The position numbers and the translations under genes are program-made. A DNA stretch of 64,000 nucleotides from Desulfobacterales bacterium (GTDB lineage: Bacteria > Desulfobacterota > Desulfobulbia > Desulfobulbales > BM004), in assembly GCA_021647905.1 (NCBI GenBank), contig JAKITW010000005.1, forward strand, positions 181-64,180. The letters run 5' to 3'. Shown here piece by piece: positions 54,548 through 64,000 of this stretch; positions within the stretch are counted from its first letter, which is position 1, and every line of letters starts with the position of its first letter. The notes beneath the pieces are model-generated. The model searched no databases. It saw only the letters and a list, made by a program, of their open reading frames with translations, and was not told the DNA's origin.

Positions 54548-54925
54548 CCCCCCCCTCAGCCGATCCTTTTTTGAATATCAGGGAAAGGAGCGGGCAATAT
54601 AAGGATATGCCCTATAGCGCCCCTGGCCCCGGACAGGCATAATGCCATCATGCAGCATTGGCATTAATACCACAATGTGGTAGTTGACCGGGGTGGTTGG
54701 TTTCCTGCCGGTCTTTGGTTGCTGAAAGCGTTTTCTGCTTCGCGTTTTTAAATTCCCGCGGTTTCTTTTTTATTTTGGTTGGGGAATTTATTTTTTTTCT
54801 ACTGTCAAGCAAAAGGCTGGACCCGGGCGGTGAGGAGGTGAAGAGGATGCGCCGGACGGCCGGGAGAAAGGGAGATCTGTTTCTTTAAAGAGTTGATCAA
54901 GCCTTAGCAAACAAGGAGGGGAATT

Positions 54926-56878
54926 TTGACAGCTGCAACCGTATGGCTATTTGTCTTTGTCGCCATGTACTGGGCCTACTGCATTTTCTGGGGCATCAAG
55001 GGCGCCAGGTCGGCAAAGACCGCTTCCGACTACTTTATCGCCGGCCGCCAGATTCCGATCTGGGTCTTTGTGCTGGCGGCAACGGCAACCAGCTTTTCCG
55101 GCTGGACATTCATGGGGCATCCGGGGCTTGTCTACCGTGACGGGTTCCAATATGCCTACGCATCATTTTATGCGATCACCATTCCGTTCACCGGGGTCAT
55201 GTTTTTAAAGCGCCAGTGGATCCTGGGCAAGCGCTTCGGTTTCGTCACCCCGGGCGAGATGTTCGCCGAATACTTCAAGTCCGACGCCATGCGGATTCTC
55301 ACCGTGGTCGTGGCCCTGGTCTTTTCGGTTCCGTATCTCGGGGTCCAGCTCCGCGCCTCGGGCTTTTTATTCAACATTCTCACCGACGGCCTGCTCGGGG
55401 TCGAAACCGGGATGTGGATGCTCTCCCTGGTGGTTATCATCTATGTGGCCTCCGGCGGGCTTCGCGCCGTGGCCTATGTTGACACCATGCAGTGTCTGCT
55501 GCTGGCCGGCGGTATCCTGGCCATCGGGATCATCACCCTGAACGCGGTCGGCGGCTGGAGCGCCCTGAATGAAGGGATTGCCCACCTTGCCGCGCTGGAT
55601 ACCAAGCGGACCCCGGACGGTTACAGTCATTACATCGCCATTCCCGGGGTGATCCAGTTTGTCAAGTCAGGCCCCAGCGCCGCGGGCGGTGCCTGGACCG
55701 GGATCATGTGCCTGACCTATATGTTCGCCCTGATGGGGATCCAGTCGGCCCCGGCCTTTTCGATGTGGTCCTTTTCCAACAAGAACCCGCGGCCCTTTGC
55801 ACCGCAGCAGGTATGGGCCTCCTCTTTCGGAATCGGCTTCATCCTGATCATCTTCACCGCGATTCAGGGTCTGGGCGGACATCTGATCGGTGCTGACCCG
55901 GTCATGCTGGCCGCGGGCCAGGCCAAGGACCTGCTCGGAATCGGCGGCGACATCATGAAGACCCCGGGCAAGCAGGGGATGATCGTCCCGGCGCTCATTC
56001 ATCTCATGTCCGTTTCCACCCCCTGGCTGGTCGGCCTGTTGGCGGTCTGTGCCCTGGCGGCCATGCAGTCCACCGGCGCGGCCTATATGTCCACTGCCGG
56101 CGGCATGCTGACCCGTGACCTGTACAAACGGTACATCAATCCCGAGGCAAGTCATGCAACCCAGAAACTGTTCGGCCGGATCGGGGTTGTGATCATCTGC
56201 GGCCTTGCCCTGGTGGTGGCCACCACCTCCCACGACGCCCTGGTGCTTCTGGGCGGTCTGGCCGTGGCCTACGGCTTCCAGATGTGGCCGGCCCTGATCG
56301 GGGCCTGCTGGTGGCCCTGGCTGACCAAGCGCGGGGTGACCGTCGGTCTGATCGCCGGGCTGATCGTGGTAACCTGCACCGAGACCATCGGTACCAAGTG
56401 GTTCGGGATTACCGCCTGGGGCCGCTGGCCCTGGACCATCCATTCCGCCGGCTGGGGCATCTTCTTCAACCTGGGCCTGGCCATTCTCGTCTCAGCGGTG
56501 ACCCAGGATGAGAAGGATATGGAACATAAGATGACCTTTCACCAGTACCTCAAGGAAACCGCGGCCCTGCCTGCTTCCCTGCAGGGTCTGAAGCCGGTTG
56601 CCTGGGGCGCTACCCTGATCTGGTTCATGTTCGCCATCGGACCCGGCGCGGTCATCGGCAACACCATCTTCGGCAATCCCAACGACTCCGCCACCTGGAT
56701 CTTCGGCATGCCCTCGATCTGGGCCTGGCAGATCATCTGGTGGGCCCTGGGCGTGGTGATGATGTGGTTCCTGGCCTATAAGATGAGGATGTCCACCATG
56801 CCGGAATCGGCTATCATCGCCCTGGTAGAGGATATCGGCGATACGAGCAAGGCCCGGCTGGACCTGGATAAACCCTAG
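54926..56878 (+). CDS. sodium:solute symporter family permease (ActP-like candidate)
   Basis: 650 aa with about 14 TM segments and SSS-type blocks (YFIAGRQIP...SFSGWTFMGHPG). TTG start preceded by AAGGAGG. Lies upstream of acs. Confidence 0.85.
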   Translation: MTAATVWLFVFVAMYWAYCIFWGIKGARSAKTASDYFIAGRQIPIWVFVLAATATSFSGWTFMGHPGLVYRDGFQYAYASFYAITIPFTGVMFLKRQWILGKRFGFVTPGEMFAEYFKSDAMRILTVVVALVFSVPYLGVQLRASGFLFNILTDGLLGVETGMWMLSLVVIIYVASGGLRAVAYVDTMQCLLLAGGILAIGIITLNAVGGWSALNEGIAHLAALDTKRTPDGYSHYIAIPGVIQFVKSGPSAAGGAWTGIMCLTYMFALMGIQSAPAFSMWSFSNKNPRPFAPQQVWASSFGIGFILIIFTAIQGLGGHLIGADPVMLAAGQAKDLLGIGGDIMKTPGKQGMIVPALIHLMSVSTPWLVGLLAVCALAAMQSTGAAYMSTAGGMLTRDLYKRYINPEASHATQKLFGRIGVVIICGLALVVATTSHDALVLLGGLAVAYGFQMWPALIGACWWPWLTKRGVTVGLIAGLIVVTCTETIGTKWFGITAWGRWPWTIHSAGWGIFFNLGLAILVSAVTQDEKDMEHKMTFHQYLKETAALPASLQGLKPVAWGATLIWFMFAIGPGAVIGNTIFGNPNDSATWIFGMPSIWAWQIIWWALGVVMMWFLAYKMRMSTMPESAIIALVEDIGDTSKARLDLDKP

Positions 56879-56893
56879 ACTCAACCCTCTCTC

Positions 56894-56955
56894 CTGCGGA
56901 ACCCGTGATTCCCGAACATGCCTGGTTCGGGGTCCGGGTTCCGCAGGTTTTTTTT
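56894..56955 (+). terminator. compound stem-loop with U tract downstream of the permease
   Basis: The outer stem CCTGCGGAACCCG / CGGGTTCCGCAGG encloses the inner stem CCCGAAC / GTTCGGG and is followed by T8. Confidence 0.7.
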
Positions 56956-56960
56956 GGGGA

Positions 56961-57221
56961 GTGCGCATGTACTATTTACTGTGGTATGGAATTACATCGA
57001 CTATCTTGGGAATTCTGTTGTTTTTCCCCACCCGGAAGTTTATCCTGACCCTTAACGTGAACCGACACCAGAGCAAGGTCGGCCGGGATATCAGCAGCGA
57101 CGAACTGGCCCGCTTGCGGAAGAAGGTGACAATGATCAGCGTCTGTATCGCGGTGACCTTTGCCTTTGTCTACAACAAGGTGGTGATGTTCAAATATCTG
57201 GGAGGTCTGGCTGGCGGATGA
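56961..57221 (+). CDS. small hypothetical membrane protein
   Basis: 86 aa with 2 predicted TM segments. Start at GTG 56961 or ATG 56967; overlaps the start of the TPR gene. I recognise no motif. Confidence 0.4.
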   Translation: MRMYYLLWYGITSTILGILLFFPTRKFILTLNVNRHQSKVGRDISSDELARLRKKVTMISVCIAVTFAFVYNKVVMFKYLGGLAGG

Positions 57222-57805
57222 ATAGCAGGGGAAGGTTTGACGCCAAGGCTGTTTACGCCCTGCTGGTCCTGGCCGGGATCATCGGCATTGTCTTCTACTG
57301 GCGGGTCGGAGTCGAGGACATCCCGGGCGATTATAACGTCAAGAAGGGTAACTACCGGCTTGAGGACGGACTCTTTGAACAGGCGGTGTCCGAGTTTTCC
57401 CAGGCCCTTGACAAGAACCCCGATCATGTCCAGGCCCATCTCGGCCTGGCCATAACCTATATGCAGATGAACCGCCTGGATGATGCCCGGGCCGAATTCG
57501 ACAAAACCATTGCCCTGGCGCCGGACCTTGCCGCGGCCTATGCCAACCTCGGCATCCTCTACGACCGGACCGGAAAATACCAGTTGGCCCTGGACAATTA
57601 CCGGAAGGCCCTGGCCCTGGACCCGGAGATCCTGGAGGGGCCGGGCTGGCTGTGGCGGTTCATGCACAATGTCGAGGAAAGGCCGCCCACTGTTGCCGAC
57701 CGGATCGTCTATCTGGAGGCTGAATTGAAAAAACCCCCTGAGGAGCGGGTGTTGCGGATTCAGGAACAGGATAAGCAACAACGGATGTACAAGGTGGATG
57801 ATTGA
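57218..57805 (+). CDS. TPR repeat protein with N-terminal TM anchor
   Basis: 195 aa with three TPR-like units (AVSEFSQALDKNPDHVQAHLGLAITY...; ARAEFDKTIALAPDLAAAYANLGILY...; ALDNYRKALALDPE). Confidence 0.75.
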   Translation: MNSRGRFDAKAVYALLVLAGIIGIVFYWRVGVEDIPGDYNVKKGNYRLEDGLFEQAVSEFSQALDKNPDHVQAHLGLAITYMQMNRLDDARAEFDKTIALAPDLAAAYANLGILYDRTGKYQLALDNYRKALALDPEILEGPGWLWRFMHNVEERPPTVADRIVYLEAELKKPPEERVLRIQEQDKQQRMYKVDD

Positions 57806-57836
57806 AATCGTAAAGATATTTTAAGGAGTTTGACCC

Positions 57837-59873
<2,037 letters not shown>

Positions 59874-59919
59874 TTCCGGACAGGGCCTGGTGAATCTCCA
59901 GCAATAACCAACAGACCAG

Positions 59920-59957
59920 CGCAGGGTTTCCAGGCCGGGAACCCTGCGTTTTTTTTT
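59920..59957 (+). terminator. intrinsic terminator after acs
   Basis: CGCAGGGTT-(11 nt)-AACCCTGCG followed by T9. Confidence 0.85.
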
Positions 59958-60005
59958 GATAATCCTTTTTATCCGGAAAGATGAGCTTTCCGGTCAACCC
60001 CCAGG

Positions 60006-61523
60006 GTGGTCCGGATGAAGAAACGGGCGGTCATTGATCTGGAATCGCTGAAGCGGTTGCAGGAGACCAGGGAAAACCTGCAGCGGGTCGAGTCCCTTCC
60101 GTACAGTGAAGAGCTGGTGTCGGTGATGGACCCCGAGGTGTATACCTGCTCCGAGGACCGGGCCGTGAAGGCGGTGCTCAAGGAGATGGCCGGCCGCAAT
60201 GTCTCCAGCGTCATTGTGGTTGACCATGCCGGCCTGCCCCGCGGGATTCTCACCGAGCGGGACGTGATGCAGCGGGTGGTGGCCGATGACGATGTCGATC
60301 CCGCGACCACCCCGGTCTCTGCGGTGATGACCCCGGAGCCGGTGACCCTGCGGCCCGGTAACACCATCTACCGGGCCCTGTCGGTCCTCACCGCCCGGCG
60401 GATCAAGCATCTGCCCCTGGTTGAGGGGGGCAAGGTCGTGGGGATCGTCACCCTGCGCCAGCTCCTCAAGTTGCGCTACCCCGAGCCCATGGTCATGATC
60501 GAGGCGATCCGGGCGGCGCAAGGCCCGGAGGCCCTCAAGGGCTTACGCAACCAGCTTGACCGGATGGTGGACGATCGCCTTCACTCGGGCCGCCGGGCCA
60601 GTGATATCGTGCTGATGATCTCGATGATCAACCGCGACATCCATCGCCGCGTCCTGGAGTTGGTCCTTGAGCGGTACGGCGACCCGCCGGCCCGGTTCTG
60701 TCTCTACGTCACCGGCAGTCACGGCCGCCTGGAAAATCTGCTCGGTCCGGACCAGGACCATGGCATGGTCATTGCCGACACCCCTGACAACCATCAGTAT
60801 GACCAGTACTATGTTGATCTGAGCGAGGCCTTTTCCAGGGATCTTGCCATTGCCGGTTTCCCGCTCTGCCCGGGCTATGTGATGGCGATGAATCCCCTCT
60901 GGCGCAAGAGTCTGACCGAGTGGAAGCAGCAGATTCGCTACTGGATAGAGCGGCAGGTCCGCCAACTGGGGCGGTTTGCCACCGTGCTTTTTGATGCAGC
61001 CCCGCTGGCCGGGGATTTCGCCCTGTTCGAGCAGGTAAGGGATTTTGCCTTTGGCGAGCTGCAAAAACATTACGAGGTCCTGCGGGTCATGCTGGAGGAG
61101 GCGGGCAGCCACCGGGTGCCGCTGGGATTGCTCGGGGGGTTTATTACTGAAAAACGGGGCCGGCACCGGGGCGAGATCAACATCAAACGGAGCGGACTGC
61201 TCTTTGTGGTGGAGGCAATGCGGATGCTGGCCCTGCGCCACAACATTTGCGAGACCTCCACCCTGAAGCGGCTGGCCCGGCTGGTGGACGCCGGCCAGAT
61301 CCATGCTGATGACGCTGAATATTTCGAGTCCGCCTATCATGTGCTTCTCCATCTCACCCTGTCCACCCAGATCGACAAGTTGCGGGACGGCCTGCCCCTG
61401 GACTGTTTTATTGATCCGAAACTGATCTCCCGGCGTGACCGGGAGATTCTCAAGGACGCCTTCAAGGCGATCGGTTCCCTGCAGGAACTGGTGGCCACCG
61501 AGTTCGGGGAACTGGTGCTGTAG
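60006..61523 (+). CDS. CBS-pair / DUF294 putative nucleotidyltransferase
   Basis: 505 aa with two CBS motifs and an NTase-like core (YVTGSHGRLENLLGPDQDHGMV). The C-terminal helical region looks like a DUF294_C substrate-binding domain. Start at GTG 60006 or ATG 60015. Confidence 0.8.
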   Translation: MVRMKKRAVIDLESLKRLQETRENLQRVESLPYSEELVSVMDPEVYTCSEDRAVKAVLKEMAGRNVSSVIVVDHAGLPRGILTERDVMQRVVADDDVDPATTPVSAVMTPEPVTLRPGNTIYRALSVLTARRIKHLPLVEGGKVVGIVTLRQLLKLRYPEPMVMIEAIRAAQGPEALKGLRNQLDRMVDDRLHSGRRASDIVLMISMINRDIHRRVLELVLERYGDPPARFCLYVTGSHGRLENLLGPDQDHGMVIADTPDNHQYDQYYVDLSEAFSRDLAIAGFPLCPGYVMAMNPLWRKSLTEWKQQIRYWIERQVRQLGRFATVLFDAAPLAGDFALFEQVRDFAFGELQKHYEVLRVMLEEAGSHRVPLGLLGGFITEKRGRHRGEINIKRSGLLFVVEAMRMLALRHNICETSTLKRLARLVDAGQIHADDAEYFESAYHVLLHLTLSTQIDKLRDGLPLDCFIDPKLISRRDREILKDAFKAIGSLQELVATEFGELVL

Positions 61524-61530
61524 ACTTTTT

Positions 61531-61683
61531 GTACAAGTTCACCAGCACCTCATCTTCGCCCGTTTTGGCCTCCTCACATCCGCCAAGGATAGATTCGGAG
61601 CCCCAAGCGAACGAATCTAAGGCACTGGTGAACTCGTACGGGCTGAGTATCCCCCGCGGTTGTCGCCCTTGGTGAACTGTTAC
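61531..61683 (+). repeat. family-A structured intergenic element (A4)
   Basis: 149/153 identical to 17779-17931. Starts 8 nt after the stop of the DUF294 gene. Confidence 0.85.
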
Positions 61684-61975
61684 GACTTTTTTTGTCTGCG
61701 GCCCGGGTAAGATTACGCTTGACACCGCAAATTGCGGAAGGGTGTTATCCTGTCTCGCCCGGTTAGGAAGGCCGGCACGTTCGAGGTTTTGCGGAACCGG
61801 CTGGTGGCGATATTCTGCGAATACGTTAAGTTTTCCGTGCAGCATCCTTGACAGGGCAGACAACTTCGGCTATAAAACTTCTTTTTTGTTGCGGTGGGCC
61901 AAGGGCAAAATCGTAGCGGAACCATACAGGATAACGCAACATGCTTTTCATCAACATATCTGGAGGAACACGGTA

Positions 61976-62263
61976 GTGGCTAATCATAAATCAGCATTAA
62001 AACGGGTCCGGCAGAGTCAGTTGCGCCGGGAACGGAACAAGGCCAACCGGACCAGGGTAAAGAATGCCGTCAAGGCGGTGGATGCGGCGGTTGAGATCGA
62101 TAAATCGGTTGAAAAGGCCCGGTCCTCGCTCAAGGCCGCGATTCCGGTGATCGCCGGAGTCGCCGCCAAGGGTACCTTTCATAAGAAAACCGCGGCCCGG
62201 AAGATCTCCCGGCTCACCAGACGGGTCAACAAGCTGGCCCGGTCCACGGAGTCGGCTGCCTGA
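61976..62263 (+). CDS. rpsT: 30S ribosomal protein S20
   Basis: GTG start preceded by GGAGGA. ANHKSALKRVRQSQLRRERNKANRTRVKNAVKAV is the canonical S20 N-terminus. The longer ORF-track start at 61742 is rejected. Confidence 0.9.
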   Translation: MANHKSALKRVRQSQLRRERNKANRTRVKNAVKAVDAAVEIDKSVEKARSSLKAAIPVIAGVAAKGTFHKKTAARKISRLTRRVNKLARSTESAA

Positions 62264-62445
62264 TAAAGCTGAGTTGAGCCGTACGCCGGCTCAAACGAAA
62301 CTTATGCCCTTGCGGTATAATAATGGATTGTGACCCGGACCCGCATCGCGGATCAGACAGTCGATCGCTCTTGTCTGTTGCCCGGTCTCCGGCAATGGGA
62401 TATCAGCCGGACCGTGTCTTTTCAAGGTTTGCGCAACTGTTGGTT

Positions 62446-62495
62446 CCCCAAAAAAAAGCCATTGGGCGGTTATCTGCCCAGGGCTTTTTTTTTGG
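62446..62495. terminator. A-tract/stem/T-tract hairpin (bidirectional terminator-like) 95 nt upstream of trpE
   Basis: CCCCAAAAAAAGCC-A-TTGGGC-GGTTATC-TGCCCA-G-GGCTTTTTTTTTGGG. A GC-rich stem is followed by T9 on the plus strand and preceded by A7. Confidence 0.6.
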
Positions 62496-62590
62496 GAAAA
62501 ATTACAGGGTCAAGCGACTGGACCGGACCTGTCCAGAGCAATCCCGGCGGGTGATCCCCGACCGGACGGAATCGTCAAAGAGGGTGATTA

Positions 62591-64000
62591 ATGCATAAGC
62601 CCGATCAAGACGCCTTTGCCCAGTTGGCCCGCACCTCGGGGCTGGTCCCGGTTTACCGGGAGATCGTTGCCGATCTGGACACCCCGCTCACCATCTTTGC
62701 CAAACTGGCGGCCCACCGGTCCCATGCCTTTCTTTTCGAGAGCCTGCAGGGCGGCGAGAAGTGGGGCCGTTATTCGTTCATCGGTTTTGATCCGATCATG
62801 ACCGTGACCAGCCATGGCGACCGGCTCAATATCCGTTGGGGCGAATCAGAGACCGAACAACAGGGCAACCCGTTCGAGGTCCTGCAGGGTTTACTGGCCT
62901 CCTTTAACGCGGCTGACGATGAATCCCTGCCCCGTTTTTTCGGGGGACTGGTGGGATACCTGGGATACGACATGGTCCGCTTTGTCGAGGAGATGCCGAG
63001 CGTGAATCCTCCCCTGGACCTGCCGGACAGCTCCTTTATGGTGCCCCGCCTGGTGTTGATCCACGACAGCTTCAAGCAGAAGCTGATCATTGTCAACTGG
63101 GTGGTTATTCCGGAACAGGGCGATGCAGCGGTCCTGTATCAGGCGGCCCGGGAACGGATCGATCAACTGGCGGCCCGGCTCAGGGAACCGCTGCCAGCGG
63201 CGGCGGTCCTTTCGGGCAACGGCTCGACCGCGCACCGGTTCACCGCCAACATGGAGCAGCCGGCCTTTGAGCAGATGGTCCGCCGGGCCAAGGATTACAT
63301 CATTGCCGGCGACATCATCCAGGTGGTGCTGTCGCAACGGTTTCACAGCCAGACCGATCTCCATCCCCTTACCCTTTACCGGGCCCTGCGGCATATCAAT
63401 CCCAGCCCCTACCTCTTTTTTCTCAAGCTCGACGATGTGGTCCAGATCGGGTCGTCGCCCGAGATCCTGGTGCGGCTGGAGAACAATGATATTGAACTGC
63501 GACCGATTGCCGGCACCCGCCAGCGCGGCGAAACCCCGGCAGAGGACCTGGCCCTGGAACAGGAACTGCTCGCCGATCCCAAGGAGCGGGCCGAGCATTT
63601 GATGCTGGTGGACCTGGGCCGGAACGATGTCGGCCGGGTGGCGGAATTCGGCTCGGTGGAGGTCCGGGACCTGCTGCTGATCGAGCGCTACAGCCATGTG
63701 ATGCATATCGTCTCCGGCGTGCACGGCAAACTCAGGCCCGAGTGCAATCAGTTCGACGTGCTGGCCGCCTGTTTTCCGGCCGGCACGGTCTCCGGGGCCC
63801 CCAAGATCAGGGCCATGGAGATCATCGAGGAGCTGGAGCCGGAACGGCGCGGCCCCTATGCCGGGTCGGTGGGTTATTTCGGCTTTTCCGGGAACATGGA
63901 TTTCTGTATCACCATCCGCACCTTTGTCATGCAGGACCGGAATCTCTGGATCCAGGCCGGTGCCGGGATCGTGGCCGATTCGGTCCCGGAAAGGGAATAT
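62591..64000 (+). CDS. trpE: anthranilate synthase component I (3' end outside window)
   Basis: My own translation from the ATG at 62591 is open to the window end. It reads MHKPDQDAFAQLARTSGLVPVYREIVADLDTPLTIFAKL...FLFESLQGGEKWGRYSFIGFDP...RPIAGTRQRGETPAEDL...ERAEHLMLVDLGRNDVGRV. The ORF is not in the supplied track because it has no stop in the window. Confidence 0.9.
   Translation, partial: MHKPDQDAFAQLARTSGLVPVYREIVADLDTPLTIFAKLAAHRSHAFLFESLQGGEKWGRYSFIGFDPIMTVTSHGDRLNIRWGESETEQQGNPFEVLQGLLASFNAADDESLPRFFGGLVGYLGYDMVRFVEEMPSVNPPLDLPDSSFMVPRLVLIHDSFKQKLIIVNWVVIPEQGDAAVLYQAARERIDQLAARLREPLPAAAVLSGNGSTAHRFTANMEQPAFEQMVRRAKDYIIAGDIIQVVLSQRFHSQTDLHPLTLYRALRHINPSPYLFFLKLDDVVQIGSSPEILVRLENNDIELRPIAGTRQRGETPAEDLALEQELLADPKERAEHLMLVDLGRNDVGRVAEFGSVEVRDLLLIERYSHVMHIVSGVHGKLRPECNQFDVLAACFPAGTVSGAPKIRAMEIIEELEPERRGPYAGSVGYFGFSGNMDFCITIRTFVMQDRNLWIQAGAGIVADSVPEREY

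Noticed and set aside
54697-54888. 63-aa ORF (TTG start) upstream of the permease, considered as a DUF485/YjcH-like small partner of ActP.
   Set aside because: It has a non-ATG start without an RBS. The sequence is T-tract derived (runs of F/L) and ends in a charged tail unlike YjcH-type proteins. It more likely reflects AT-rich promoter DNA.
61742-61975. N-terminal extension of the rpsT ORF (173-aa version in the ORF track).
   Set aside because: The extension has no similarity to S20 and overlaps the end of the family-A element region. The canonical S20 N-terminus begins at the GTG at 61976, which has a GGAGGA RBS.

Overview
High-GC (about 60%) chromosomal segment, probably from a Desulfobulbales-like deltaproteobacterium (low-confidence guess). 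Positions 1-31.6 kb hold an almost uninterrupted plus-strand flagellar supercluster: fliJ, motE-like, fliK, flgD, flgE, motAB, fliLMNOPQR, flhBAFG, fliA, flgFGAHIJ, flgMNKL, csrA-fliW, flagellin, flaG, fliD, fliS. Positions 31.8-41.4 kb are a c-di-GMP signalling island: 2 PilZ, 2 GGDEF, 1 HD-GYP and 2 HDOD proteins, an orphan FliK-like/FlhB-C-terminal-like gene pair, a SPOR protein and a pentapeptide-repeat/K+ channel fusion. Next come sdhCAB/frdCAB (minus strand) and a radical SAM gene. Positions 46-61.5 kb are an acetate-switch-like locus: an SSS-domain histidine kinase, a CheY-like regulator, a pseudo-kinase fused to a DnaQ exonuclease, a PAS kinase with a LuxR regulator, an SSS permease, a TPR protein, acs and a CBS-DUF294 nucleotidyltransferase. 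The window ends with rpsT and the 5' part of trpE. I recognised no rRNA, tRNA, CRISPR array, transposase, integrase or defence gene. The least explained signal is non-coding. Four families of interspersed intergenic repeats are present. One is a ~155-bp element in four copies whose stems show compensatory base changes around an invariant block. Another is a 104-bp leader that is 103/104 identical upstream of flgE and motA. I also see clear sigma-28 and sigma-54 promoter matches and a CsrA-FliW-flagellin leader. All functional calls come from reading the translated ORFs and motifs by eye; no database search was run.
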